Part shown: piece by piece, positions 49,346-62,500 of the stretch
Layout: each line of letters begins with the position of its first letter
Position numbering within the stretch: position 1 is the first letter of the stretch
Origin: Podarcis erhardii
Taxonomy: Eukaryota
Assembly: GCA_964252035.1 (NCBI GenBank)
Contig: OZ176204.1
Length of the DNA: 64,000 nucleotides
Strand: one strand, 5' to 3'
Program-made: the position numbers and the translations under genes
The notes under the pieces: model-generated
The model's input: the letters and a program-made list of their open reading frames with translations, nothing else
Told to the model about the DNA's origin: nothing
Databases searched by the model: none

Positions 49346-50214
49346 GTCATCTGGATGCAGTGATTTGTTTTATTCTGCACAGTTTTATTTGATGTTTTAA
49401 GGTTTTGTAAAACACCTTTAGATTTGTTTCTATAAAAGTGGCATTGAAACAACAGCGATGATGTTACTTTTAAAAATTGCCCATAAGGTCTGGAACGTAT
49501 CTTTGCATCACTATCTGCCTACAACTCTCTTTCTAATGGAGCCCCAGCAACTAGATTTGCCCATAGCCAATAGGAGGAGATAACCGCCCCTTCAAGGGAA
49601 AGTAATAAGTGAACCTGAAATTTAGAGATGAAACAATACAAAATTTTGACAAGGGCAAGCTTTGAGAAAGTCCTTAAGCATTAATATTTTGAAAGAAAAA
49701 GATTTCATATTTGCTGTTCACCAGCCTGTATGGTTCCCATGGCAACTGAAAGAACTTATAGATACAAAGATTACATATACTGGACCCAGCATGAACTCTT
49801 CAGATCACCATCGGAACTACACAGGGCACCAGGTAACTCAGCAGGTAAGGATGCACAGGGTGAATTAGTTAATTGCAACTAATTACATGTTTACATAGAA
49901 GTGATACCTGCTTCAGCTCCCTTTTCTGGCTCACCTTCCTCTCTTATTAGGGCTGGGAGCCTATTACTGTAGCATATTTAAAACTTCAAAAATTTGCAAA
50001 CCATGAAAACAGAACCAACAGAAATAAAGCCTGGTGTGGGGGAAACAACACATTGTTTTGAATATATTTTGTGTAATGCTGTGTTGCTGGTGTTTTAATT
50101 ATTCAGCAACTCCCTCTTGCGGGTGTGGGAGCAGACTGGGCCACATCCAAAAGAGCTCCTTATTCATTTCACACCAGCATATTCATATATTGCAATTATA
50201 TTTTACATTTCTTC

Positions 50215-50400
50215 AACAAAGATCAAGGTAGCAGTTGTCTCCTCCACGCTGTATCCTCACAACATCCTTGTGAATTAGATTGGGCTGAGAAAGGGGGGGT
50301 GGCCCAAGGTCATCCCACAAGCGCTTCATGTCTGAGTGGGAATTTGAACCCAGGTTTTCATATTCAGGTCCACTAGCCACACTGCACTATTTTGGCTCTG
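50215..50400 (-). mobile_element. Old CORE/MIR-like SINE
   Basis: TATCCTCACAACATCCTTGTG...GGCCCAAGGTCATCC...GGAATTTGAACCCAGG. Confidence 0.6.
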
Positions 50401-51053
50401 AACAGTTTATTTTCACAACATCCATATCCAATGCTTGGCGGGTTGCAAAGCTTTGACCATAATCCAAAGCATGGGAACGCACAACAGAATGACAAAACAG
50501 GTAGCAAAAGGCAAGCAGCAGCAAGCGGATCAAAGAATCACAGAGAGAAGAAAGGAAAGTAAATTGTTTCTTGTCTTCAACTATTCCCATTGCTTTTAGC
50601 CCATTGCTTAGTGTTCACCTGCTCCCCCTCAGCTCACCTACCTTCTACCATTCATTTTCCTTCCTTAATTGAGCTGGATTGGGTGATAGTAAATGCCCAC
50701 CCATTGACAGATACTGCTGATTTTTCCTACAGCTGCAGAAAACCCAGCTCATATCTTTCAATGGCTTTGTTTTCATAGTCCCAACCCAAGAAATAAGGAG
50801 AGGGAAGCACAGCTCTAAGGATCTGACAGGCAGGCTGGCAGCCCAGCAGACCTTTGAAAAATCCCTACTTTGATAAGACATTTGATCGCCTGAACTTGGG
50901 TGGGTGGCCCTGCAGGAGGCATATGGGAGCTCAGTCAGCACAAATGCCACCACCCTCACCCCCACCCCGGATCTGCTGCCTTAAGCCATGTGGCTCTGTG
51001 TAGCTCATAATAAGGCCAACTTTGTGTTTGCATTTAATGAAGAAAATGATTAC

Positions 51054-51224
51054 CTGTGTCCCTGCTGCTTTGTGAAGCTACATCGTTTTCCATGTTGTAA
51101 ATGACAGTTCCCTGAGAATCAGAAGAGAAGTGACTGACCACAGATTCGTGGTGGGAATGTTTATAGGGATAGCTGTCTGTAGAAGAGTCTGTCCTAGTGT
51201 CACTTGCGATAGAAGGCTCACGCC
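51054..51224 (-). CDS. USP54: USP54 exon 8/20 ([39 protein letters not shown]...SSRDT)
   Basis: 171 nt, tttatcag/GTAATC; not in the ORF track. Confidence 0.95.
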
Positions 51225-53084
51225 CTGATAAAAAGAAATGATAGGAGAATTAGAAGGGCAAATCTGAAAAGGGCTAAGATGGAAAACAGTAACTGAGAAG
51301 TGTTATACAATGATGTACAACAACCACTGCGCATAATAACATATCTCAGTGCAGCCAAGAACAACCTTTTTTTGCAATTGATAAATTTCCTCAAAAGCAC
51401 AGGAAATGTTTTAATTACCTTACAAAAAAACAACAACTCTTATTATACAAAATACTTTTTTAAAACCCACTCATCTAGAATATTAAGGTGGTGTACAGCA
51501 AAATATGCAAGTACAATACAAAATAAAATAGCATAAACCAATACAAAATAAGCATCTCATCTTGCCAAAGTTTAAACTACTGAATAGCCTGTTGGCCTTA
51601 AAAGGTCTTCAAGAGATGTCCGAATCTATGCGGGAAGACTATTCCACAGCATGGGCCGGGCGACACTAACAGCCGGACTGCTAGTTGAAGCCAGTCGGCT
51701 CCTGAAACACGGGGATAAATAACAGCAGTACTCTGGATGAACTGAGTGATCAAGCTAGGATATAAGGACTCAGGTGGCACACAAGTTGTTCAAGATGGGG
51801 TATTGGTGACCGGACAGTACTTATTACACACCATTGGGTTGGAGGGGACACCACCACCTCCTTAAGGGCTGCAGGCAGCACCCCATCACACAATGATGTC
51901 TTCACAACACCCTTGGTCTACCTGATCATCCCCCTCCAACTAGCTTCAACCAGTCAGGAAGGGAAGGGGGCCAGAGGGCACATGGCTGATGCATTACCAC
52001 AAGCAAGTCGAAATCAACTGAAAATGATCCTATAGCACTGGGACAGATGTAGCATTTTAACCTAGCTCCCTGCCACACCAAACAGTTCATCAAATGGAAA
52101 GCTCTTACGGTGCATCTGAAAGATGCTCTAGCAGTGGCAAGTATTCAAGAGAATAATGAATATATCTCCCTGGGCCTTTGCTACCTCACATGATACATGG
52201 AAAGCATTGGGGGGGGGTGAATTTTTAGTTCATACGTTCCTCTTCTCAAAGATGAAATGAAGGAATTAATTGCTGCTGAGTTATGCCCTCCAGTCTTCAA
52301 GGCAGGAGGAAGAGCTAGTTGTGATTTGCCCTTCCTTGTGGAGCTGTTGTTGTTCAGAATGATGAGCCCAACCCATAAAAATGATGAGTCAAACCCATAA
52401 AAACAAGTGAGAAAACAGTCCCTCCTTTGTTCCTCAAGAACAGGAATTTAGGGGAAGATTTCCTGCTTCCAAATCAGGAATTCAGTAGACTTCAAGATGT
52501 AGCTCAGCAACAAAATGACAAAAGGGTGAGGTTCCAAGTAGGTTGCAAAAGCTTCACCAAGGGTTGGCAAAAGCGAAAACATCAAACCTACAGCGATTGG
52601 CAACTGTGTAAACAGACGCTGCTGCAAGACAGGAACTGGGCTCAGGTGAAATGTTATCTAAACCCAATCTAACCCTGTGCAATGGTCAATTCCTTGTGGG
52701 GAAAAGAACAGGTAGGCAGAAGAATTAAGAGAATCACTTGCCCCTGACTTCTGCCTTGCTCCTCTGCAAGTCCTTGTCTGTTCCCTCTTGTGTTTTTCAG
52801 TATGAAATCTAAGCACCTGAGGATTCACCAGAAGGTCATAACCCGCACTGCGGCAGCCTAACATTAACAAATGATTCCAAGTCACATTGGAAATTCTGGA
52901 TTTTAAAAATGGTATTTTATTTGTATACTCAGTTTTGGAGAACACTTCAACACCATCTCTTATCCAGCAAGATTTCTTTGCAACTCCTCTGCTTTCTGTT
53001 ATTTCACCAGGCAAACACACCATAAATCTTGGTAACTGGCAAAAATACACACAAAACTCTGAAACTAGAGTGCTCAAAGATTAC

Positions 53085-53253
53085 CTGAGTCTTCACTATC
53101 ATAGTAGGTTCTGCTATACTGTTGTAGGTCCACCTGTGTGGGAAGGTCCTGCGTTGACACTGGAGTTCCTCTCGGGTCTGCATATAGTAGTAGCAAGGGC
53201 TGATAATGACCCTTAATGCACTTGGTCACAACATCTTTCCATTTCGGACCTAT
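53085..53253 (-). CDS. USP54: USP54 exon 7/20 ([24 protein letters not shown]...YDSEDS)
   Basis: 169 nt, tttcag/GTAATC; end of the USP domain (QPLLLLY). Confidence 0.97.
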
Positions 53254-54121
53254 CTGAAATTTTTGTAAAAGTTCAAAACACATTAGTGGAGGTTACCTGC
53301 ATTTAGTTGGAATTACGATAAAATTTAACACACCAGTAGTCAACCGAGATTCACATTGACTTAGGTTACATTAAAAATAATTCTCTTTTATTTCTTTTGA
53401 ATGAGTGTTAATGCTTACAGTTGGGAGAAAATCACGAAATCTGATTCCCCCCGGCCCCAGCATCCTCTATGTGGAAATGTAATACTCGCTGGAGAGGGGT
53501 TTGGGTTTTTTGGACGCATCTCCTAAGACAAACCTGAGCAAGAACTTTTAGGTTTTTGGAATTGCCCTCAGTGGATATTCTTAAAGGCTATGTGATTTAA
53601 AGATTTTAGTGATAATTTGTATTCTCATGAGCAGATTTCTTCATGCAGACAAAAAGCTGGTAGCTGAGGACAAGGACAGCATGCAGTAGCCTTTTCACCA
53701 GCAGTAGCCAGTGGGAAATTCTGAAATGGACCATTTCAGGGTAGGGGTGGGGGTAGCTTTTTATATGATGGATTCAAAGCTACATGGATCTGCTTAAAGG
53801 CCCAGTCCTCCAGTTTCACCAGCTTAAAGTACCACCTTACCCTCCATGTGGCTGGCATGAGCCAATAGGATTTTGGATGTGCTTGTGGACCTACTGCTCT
53901 AAATCCCCTGGTCCCTTGCCAGAATTGCTCAGCCTCCCTCCTTTGCCACCATAATATGAAAAAGACATTGGTCTTGGCAGAGAGGCAGGCAGGAATCAAA
54001 CATTGATTAACCATTATGAACTTACATACAAAAGATTTAATGTAGCAATGGAGTAACGTTCCAAAATATAAAATGAGCTGAAAAGCCTTAAAAATGAAAA
54101 TGATATGCCAATGAGTATTTA

Positions 54122-54473
54122 CAGTGGTGCCTCGCAAGACGAAATTAATCCGTTCTGTGAGGCTCTTCATATAGCGGTTTTTTCGTCTTGCGAAGCAAGC
54201 CCATTGACAGCTTAGCAGATTAGCGCTATTAGCGGTTTAGCGGCTTTTAGCGGATCAGCTGATAAGCGGCTTATCAGCGGATCAGCTGATAAGCGGCTTA
54301 GGGCTTAGGAAAGGGGGGGAGGGAAAAAACACCGCAAGAACTCGCAAGACATTTTCGTCTTGCGAAGCAAGCCCATAGGGAAATTCGTTTTGCGAAGCGC
54401 CTCCAAAACAGAAAACCCTTTCGTCTAGCGGGTTTTCCGTCTTGCGAGGCGTTCGTCTTGCGGGGCACTACTG
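54122..54473. mobile_element. Same MITE family, copy 2
   Basis: Same TIRs, TA TSD. Confidence 0.9.
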
Positions 54474-56148
54474 TACTGTTGACAAAACCTCTTAATTATT
54501 TAAATCTGAGTTGCACATACTTTCAAGATCAAAGGCTTGATGTCCATCAGAAGGAATATACAGAAAAGGATCTGTATAGCATGCAAAATACAAGTAGCAT
54601 TCTGAGTGTTCCAATAACCACTACTCTGTTTCGTACAGGTGGTGACTATTACACACATGTCCAATTGATGTGCAGGTCCTTTTGGACCCAGAAGAGAGCA
54701 GAATGGGTGGCAGAACAGGGTGGGGCAGGCTTATGTACACTCCACTGATGCACATGGGGGCCAAGAACGGAACCCCCATGCAAAATGGTCACCACCTGTA
54801 CTTCATAGACATGCACTGAAGTAAGCACCTTAAAATGCATTTTATCCTTACACAGGGATGTTTTTTTAAATACAGGTAATTTACGGCAGAGAAAGACAAC
54901 CAAAAATAAATTAAAGAGGTAAAGTTCCTCTTTTAGGGGTTGTGAATATTCACATTGCAATAGGATGGTTCCTTTTGTTACTTTTTGGCTTTTGACAAGT
55001 AGGAACAGAAGATGAGAACCACAGAGAATATCAAAGTGAACTGTATGCTCAAACTGATGGATTTCATGGCAAGTACTTCATCCAGAGCAGCAAGAGAGAA
55101 GAACTTCTAATTAGGAAACAGCATGCTTAAATGATGGCATGTTTGCACTAGCCAACATCTGCTACAGTCTGTTGTATTTTATTTTGCAGAAAGAACAAGA
55201 ATGGGGAACCAGCTGGGACAGGCCGCTGATGGGTGAACTACATAAGCTATTTATGATTCATTCAGCTACAAGCTTTGCAAAAGCCAGCTGTACAGAAACA
55301 CCTGAGAAGAAGGGAATAAGACATAAAGCTTATAAATTGAAGGGTTCCAACCTGATGCAGGAAGGCAAACAAGTAACCCAAACGTTGCACTCTGAGCAAT
55401 GCACCAAGTGTCATGATATCAGGCATTGGTGGCTGTGCTGTATACAAGTCCACAGGTATTTGAAATGTAGACACAAGCAGCACTGCCAGCCAGGAACAAT
55501 TTCAGCAATGGACAATGCAAACTTAGAAAGAAATACCACTCATATACCACACAACCAAATATTACACATGCTGCGGGGGGGAACAAATATCAGAAAGGGC
55601 ATCCATCATGTATAGTCAAAACGAAGGTGTGGTTAAGTAAGCCTCCTATTTTTTCTGCTCTCCTCCATGTTTCTCTGATACCCTCCCCTCACACTCATCA
55701 TTCTTTTTCCTTTTTAAGTGATCACTTTTCTATAAGAACCTGCCTTTGCCCTGCACAGCTCTCTAGATATATGGACCAGAACACATATTGCTATAGGGAG
55801 GCAGCCCATTTCTGTTTTATTCAAATGATATGTAGTTTCCCTCAAATGATATGTAGTTTACATGAACACCAGCCTCTGCTCTCAAAAATAAAGTGCCTTC
55901 CTAGTGAGTGACACTTTTAGAAGCAATAAGCACAGCTTACTTTGCACGTTTCCAGCACGAGATTCCTGGAAATAAACGAAAACTGTACAAGAACAAGTTG
56001 CATGAGGTAAAGCAAGTATGAGCTGATATGTGAAAACCCATCCTAAAATGATCTAAAAATCTTTAGGAAAAACAAAATAGACCCACATTCTCACAAACAC
56101 CCAAACGTCTTTACTGAACTTTCAAATAAACAAATCTAATTTTCTTAC

Positions 56149-56298
56149 CTCTTTGACATGAGCATCATCAAAGTACATCCACTTGCGGATCTTTGTTTGG
56201 AAGAAGAAGGTAGAGTAATGTTTTCCATAGTAACAGATCATTCCCACCAAATATAGTTCACATTGTTTTGCTCTGTCATCAGTTACTCTGAAGAAAAG
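56149..56298 (-). CDS. USP54: USP54 exon 6/20, His/Asp box (LFFRVTDD...[11 protein letters not shown]...[11 protein letters not shown])
   Basis: 150 nt, aaaag/GTAAGA; USP His box GKHY (His codon 56220-56218) and WxxFDD. Confidence 0.97.
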
Positions 56299-56535
56299 CT
56301 TTTTAAAAAGGAGAGGAAAAAGCAAAAATTGTATTGTCTTTTGTATGGAAAGGTCATTATTATTTTTTCTTCTAAAAAGAAAAGAAAGGAAGTTAACTAT
56401 TTAGCTCAACCATAAATCTAGCCCATGCAGTCCATTTGATAGTAAAAAGGAACAAAAATTTAACAGCACTGGCATAAACAAAAACAAAAAAACAAAAAAG
56501 AAGAGACATATTGCTACAGGATGCAATGGACTTAC

Positions 56536-56682
56536 ATCTCCCAGTTTAAGACAGGTGCCCAGGCTATGAATTACATCCTCAGCCAGATCAGAGTGATCAG
56601 AGTCCCACACCAGCCCAATAGTGATGATCTGGGGAGAGTTCATCAGTACACGACGAATGCGAATCTTTTCCCCACAGTTGCT
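56536..56682 (-). CDS. USP54: USP54 exon 5/20 ([49 protein letters not shown])
   Basis: 147 nt, tttttcag/GTAAGT. Confidence 0.97.
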
Positions 56683-57150
56683 CTGAAAAAAAGAGTAACA
56701 AATAAAGTCCCAGGTTAACTAAAACTGGAATTAATGCGGCTTCCTGTTGTTTAGTATCCTCTCAAATCCTGACCTCTTTCCACCCTAAATATATTGCTCT
56801 AAGACAGAAAGGGCTTGAAATGTAACTGATTCACAAAGCAAATGCAAGTCTAGGTGGTGCAGGTTTCTTTGTCTGGAAGCACCCACAGTGAGTTTAAGTA
56901 AACTGACAATATGAAACAAGGAGGGAGTCAGAAAACCTCATCCAGTTAGAACATTGACAATATTGACAATTGACAGTCATACACAAACTTGTACAATTTC
57001 CATTATGAAACCAGGAATATTTTCTACTATTTCTAGTATGCTGATGAATTAAGACATGGCGGATTCTACAATTAGATACAGGTAGACACAGATTTCCGTA
57101 GATACCATTCAGTCTACTGCTTCTATTAAAGGAAAACAGCATATACACAC

Positions 57151-57256
57151 CGGACAGTTTCTCAAGTCCCCCATGGTGCTGGCATTTTGTAGCAGCTCTC
57201 CAAACATATCTGGAGTGGGTTTCTCCCGTCTTTCCAGCATGCAAATTGCCTGATTG
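57151..57256 (-). CDS. USP54: USP54 exon 4/20 ([36 protein letters not shown])
   Basis: 106 nt, ttaaag/GTGTGT; phase fits both neighbours. Confidence 0.95.
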
Positions 57257-58462
57257 CTTTAAGTTGAGGGGGGAAATGTATAGAGCAAGAATTAAAAACA
57301 TTAGACTTTGGTCTGTGATCAATACTTTAATAAAGCGTATTTATCCTAAGATCTGGTGTAGAAGTACAGAGTCTCAGCTTAAAAATCAAACTTCACAAGC
57401 TGAACAGAAACATGTGCATGAGCAACATATGATTCAGAATCTAATGTGCATCTGAGTGATGCTTTTAGCAATGAAGGACTTAACGGCCGGCTCACTGCCC
57501 TGTATTGGATACACTATTCTGCTCCTCCACATCCTACAAATGTTGAAAACTAATTGAAATCTCTTAAGATTTTATACCCAACTTTTTGTGTGCATTTCTT
57601 GCAATATAATATTTGAATAAAAGCTTCAGAATACACACAGCTTTAGAAAACAAGTTAAGCAAGGAGGACAGTTCCTTTCCCCCAAAAGAGCTTACATTTA
57701 ATGTCGATTGGGAGGAAGACTACAGTAACAGAGAAAGGGAGAGACTAGTTACTAATTTGATCAGAAAGGAACTTGTTAGTCATGTAAACATACAGTAACA
57801 AGTTCCTCAAGGGTGAATACTTATAACACATTGTTTTAATCATTTTCTTTCCTACATTATGCTGCCTTTTCTAAAATACTCAAAGCCACATTTGTGCCAA
57901 TTAAAATGCAAAAAAGATCAGATTCTCTATTGCAGCCCCTCAGCTATGGAACTCCCCCCCAAGTCTCCTCAATAATGATTTTTAGGCAGGTCTTCTTAAT
58001 TTGCCATGCCTTTGATTTATTTTAATTCCTACCTGCTTGCAGCTTTATTTTGTTAGCTTGATTTAATGCTCTCTGTTTGTTATATTTTATTTATTATTTT
58101 CCTGTTACAAAATTGCACACACATAAATCATAAAACATGAGACGACTGACAAAAAAAAGGGCCACGGGGGGGGGGAGTGTAAAATACTAAACATATTATT
58201 TTACGGAACATAATAATGAAGCGATTACAGCAGACCAGTTCAATGAATTGTTCAACGAATCAACTTGGAAAATACAGAATAATAGCAGCGAGCTAATGAG
58301 CAGTGCCCGCTTGTCTACACCATATTGCAATATAAGTTGTAGGTATTTCTTGTCCACATGTTGTTTAATTTGTATATTTAATCAAATCACATCATGCAGT
58401 GTAAAAATTATCTCATTTTCCCTCTGGTTTTCATATTTTAAAATTTTAATTCTAATTGTCTA

Positions 58463-58778
58463 AAGCACTTCTTCACGCAATGCGCAGTTAAACTATGGAA
58501 CTCCCCCAGGAGGCAGTGATGACCACCAACTGAGATGGCTTTTAAAAAGGATTAGACAAATTCCTGGGAGGAGAGAGCTATCTATGGCTATTAGCCATGA
58601 TGGCTATTGCTCTGCCTGCACAGTTTGAGGCAGCAATGCTTCTGAATACCAGTTGCTGGAAACCACAAGAGGGGAGAGTGCTTAAATCCTGCTTGCAAGT
58701 TTCCTTGCAAGTCAATCACTGTGAGAACAGGATGCTGGAAAGATGGACCTGATCCAGCAAGCACCTCTTATAATTTTT
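58463..58778 (+). mobile_element. CR1 LINE 3' end
   Basis: CACTTCTTCACGCAATGCGCAGTTAAACTATGGAAC...GGATTAGACAAATTC...GAACAGGATGCTGG. Confidence 0.75.
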
Positions 58779-58992
58779 AGTGCTGTAAAACACAGGGAGG
58801 GGCATCCTCTTGAGAGCCAAAAGGAGGTATACAAATGCTTTTATAATATAAATAAAAGATATCTGGAAAGTATTGTATCATGAATTGGGGGCCAATTATC
58901 AATAATATACATAACATATATGGTATGTTATGTAGATAAGACAAAGGGATTTTTTTTCCTTTTCTTTTCCATTGCAAAGAACTGAGACTCAC

Positions 58993-59075
58993 CAGAGTGA
59001 AGTGGTTGAGATATAATGTACCATCTGGATAAAGGGCAATGGATCAGAGGTGGCACCACAACTGGTACAAACACA
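58993..59075 (-). CDS. USP54: USP54 exon 3/20 (CVCTSCGATSDPLPFIQMVHYISTTSL)
   Basis: 83 nt, atttag/GTGAGT; CxxC Zn-ribbon pair. Confidence 0.96.
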
Positions 59076-59193
59076 CTAAATCAGAGAAATAAAAACCGTC
59101 AGTAGTCAAAACTGAAAACAGTTTCTCATGCACATTTCCACATTTCTATATCACAGGATTGAATTGGTTTGGGATGGTTATGTTGTACCATAC

Positions 59194-59307
59194 CTGCTCA
59201 AATAGGGTCATTGCAAACTTTTGATGTGAAATGCAGTGTGGGGCAGTACAGATGTCTTCTTTAGATTCATCTGCAATGTGAAAGTGAATCCGCATTAAGA
59301 GGTTTTC
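59194..59307 (-). CDS. USP54: USP54 exon 2/20 ([38 protein letters not shown])
   Basis: 114 nt, ctgcag/GTATGG. Confidence 0.96.
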
Positions 59308-60289
59308 CTGCAGCCAGGGAGAGAGGAAATAAAAATAAGAATTATTTAACAATTTCAAAAAGACAAAGGTGACATTTTAGGGTCAGGTGGGATGTACCTT
59401 CTAAGTATTCTAAATTTATTTAAGAATTTAGGAGCTTGACAGCTAATGTCAAGAATGAGTTAATGTAACTCAGAAAGCTACCCTGTATTCCATCCATATT
59501 GGATGTTACACCAAATCTTCAGGTTTTGCCATTATTAATTTTGACAAATATTCAAATGTCAGTGGTTTGGCTGAAATACAAAGCAGCATCTAAATAGTGG
59601 GCTGACAAAGGTTGACAGGCAGAGCCTAGCTATCTGCTTACTGACCTGGTATAACGTTATTATCTTTTGTTCAGTGATTTCTCAAGTACATATAATATTG
59701 GCTTAAGCAGCACTGACATACTGACATACCTTTTAAGGAAAGAAAATGAAGTAATGAAGTTGTTATAAGGTTTAATTGGGAACCTATTTGCATTCTCCAT
59801 CCACAATCTTTATGTCAGCCTACCAGCTTGCAATGCTAGCAAATATCACATTTTGTGATGACACAAACTGTATACTGTATTTGTTAGCATCTATAAGCTG
59901 GCTTGGCAAGTCTTGAGTTCCTATCCTTTTCCAGTTTTAGCTACAAAACATTACAAGTGGGTTTTATATAACCAGTTATGACATATCCTTTTACTATTGT
60001 GAGTATGGGTACGCAATATGCAAGTGACTGCCAATTAATATTACTTCCCCCTTTTCATCAGCAGATATAGAAAGGCAGCTTCACAAACCTAGCCAAAATC
60101 ACAGGGAAACAGGAGCCATATCAACTAAGATTTCCCAGTTCAATTAAGTCTTGATACCATGCACCAAAAGCCCGAGAAAACAGAGATACGCAAAACACTG
60201 ACATTCCAAACAGAATAAATACTGTACCTCAAAACTTTAACTAGTTATAGGGGTTTTTTTTTTTAAGAAAATGGTAACCATATGGCAGG

Positions 60290-60345
60290 TTATTGTTAGC
60301 CACCCTGAGCCCGGCTTCGGCTGGGGAGGGCGGGATATAAATAAA

Positions 60346-60389
<44 letters not shown>
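60290..60389 (+). mobile_element. LINE 3' tail with (TTA)n microsatellite
   Basis: GTTAGCCACCCTGAGCCCGGCTTCGGCTGGGGAGGGCGGGATATAAAT; same family as 32740. Confidence 0.7.
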
Positions 60390-61032
60390 GTGGCAAGAAT
60401 CATCTAAAATAGCAAAATAAGGGAGCAGATGCAACCCACTAGGCACCAAGCAGAGACATTAAATTATGCCAGATATAACATTTTCTCTTCCTGGTAAAAT
60501 TAACACAATGACTTGGCCAGTACTATCACAATAGTGTCTCTGAATTCAAGAAAGATCACTTTCTTAACAGCTGACATGATTGTTTCTAGAACAATGGACG
60601 TTTGAAGGATTTACAGTATGTAAGAGATGCTTCAAAGATCTGATATTTTAAAATTATGCTTCTACTTAAGCAGCGAGAGAGCAAGAGAGTGAAGGCTAAA
60701 CTATATTATTAGTAGAATTTAATGCTATCGTTATTTAAGCCCCAAACTGTGGCTTTTCTCACAGTCTTATTCACAAACATACAGCTGTTTAGATGGGTTA
60801 AAATAGTTGTTAAATTCGCCTGCTTTTGCAACAGTGTTATCTTCACTATTACACTGTATAGCCTACCAAGTGTCTCACTAGAAGCAGCTCAGCGTTCCTC
60901 ACTATTACCTCTGCTGTAAAATACTTATTATTAATTGAGAATATGGAGATTTTATCTGCTAGTTTGTGCTTAGCAAGGCAAGGCATTCTTTCCTGCAAGA
61001 ATTTTCAGCTATTCCACAGAAGTCATACTCAC

Positions 61033-61167
61033 AAAGCATTCGGCAGCATCATCCATGATGCCCAACTGGAAACGCTGTTCATCTTGAAAAGTCTTTGCAA
61101 GAGCACTACGAAGTGCATCAGATGGCAACACTTTCTCACTGCTGCATTGAAACTGGTTAAAGATACC
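61033..61167 (-). CDS. USP54: USP54 in-window exon 1/20 ([45 protein letters not shown])
   Basis: 135 nt, tcctag/GTGAGT; near-identical to my recollection of the human USP54 catalytic domain. Upstream exons are not in the window. Confidence 0.95.
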
Positions 61168-61299
61168 CTAGGACAGGAGGAAAGTTAAAGGTCAGCTTTT
61201 ACATGAACTCACATATCTTAAGTGAGTGTACATTTACACAAAGTGAATCCAGTTACCAGTATCTGTCATGTTATCATGTCATATATGAAAACCTTGATA

Positions 61300-61655
61300 C
61301 AGTGGTGCCTCGCAAGACGAAATTAATCCGTTCCGTGAGGCTCTTCGTATAGCGGTTTTTTCGTCTTGCGAAGCAAGCCCATTGACAGCTTAGCGGATTA
61401 GCGCTATTAGCGGTTTAGCGGCTTTTAGTGATCAGCTGTTAAGCGGCTTATCAGCGGATCAGCTGATAAGCGGCTTAGCGGCTTAGGAAAAGGGGGAAAA
61501 AAGGGGGAAAAAACCGCAGGAACTCGCAAGACATTTTCGTCTTGCGAAGCAAGCCCATAGGGAAATTCGTTTTGCGAAGCGCCTCCAAAACGGAAAACCC
61601 TTTCGTCTAGCGGGTTTTCCGTCTTGCGAGGCGTTCGTCTTGCGGGGCACCACTG
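61300..61655. mobile_element. Same MITE family, copy 3
   Basis: Same TIRs, TA TSD. Confidence 0.9.
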
Positions 61656-62369
61656 TACTAATTGCAGACTCACCCTTTCACTCTTTTCCTGCTTTTGGCA
61701 TCTTAGCTACATGTATTACTTTTATCCTGTTTTTGGTTCAAATGCTCGTGCTAAATTCTTGACCCTTTCTCACACTCACGTGCCTGCTTCCTCTGCTTTT
61801 GACACCACACCACCAGGAGTGTTTACTAGACTGCACCAGCATACCATCCCCACATCCATACATCAGAGATTACTGCCAGGAATGTTACTGCACAAAACAT
61901 TTTGCATGTATTTTTGTTAACAACCCTATAAACAACCAGGCTTCAATGTTCTTAAGATACGGCAAACAGGTGGCCGTTTATAGGTTCCTGACTTGCCTGT
62001 AATAGTTAGGCATCTGACTGGCATAACAAAAGACATCAGTATCTGAAACACATATAGGGGATTTGACTATTTTAGTTTGACTGCACCTCCTTGCACTGGA
62101 CTCCATTCTGCTGCAAAGGGTTCCAACAACCAAGAGAAAATTTTCAGGTGTGCAAGGGGATGCAACAGGAAAGGCACTTAAAAAGCCCCAATGTGAAAAT
62201 GCAAATTGCAGTCCTTAGTTAGTACCCAACGGCAACTATTCTAAACATTCATATTATCAATAAATTGTCATGGGGAAAACATCTGCAAATATAGCTTTAG
62301 CAAAATTGGACTTAAGAATAAATACGTACAAAATATTTCATACATCCATTTTTGGTACTATCCATTTTT

Positions 62370-62500
62370 ATTCTAAAAACAATCCTGTGAGGTAAGTTAG
62401 GCTGAGAGATTGTGTCTAGTTGAACAAACTTCACGGTGGAGTGATTTGAGACTGAGCTTCTCCAATCCTAGTTTGGCACTTTAACTACTACACCCCAGCC
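62370..62500 (-). mobile_element. Old CORE/MIR-like SINE
   Basis: ACAATCCTGTGAGGTAAGTTAGGCTGAGAG...TTAACTACTACACC. Confidence 0.5.

Noticed and set aside
58090-58460. Possible L1-type 3'UTR on minus
   Set aside because: Only compositional resemblance; no diagnostic motif, so left unannotated.
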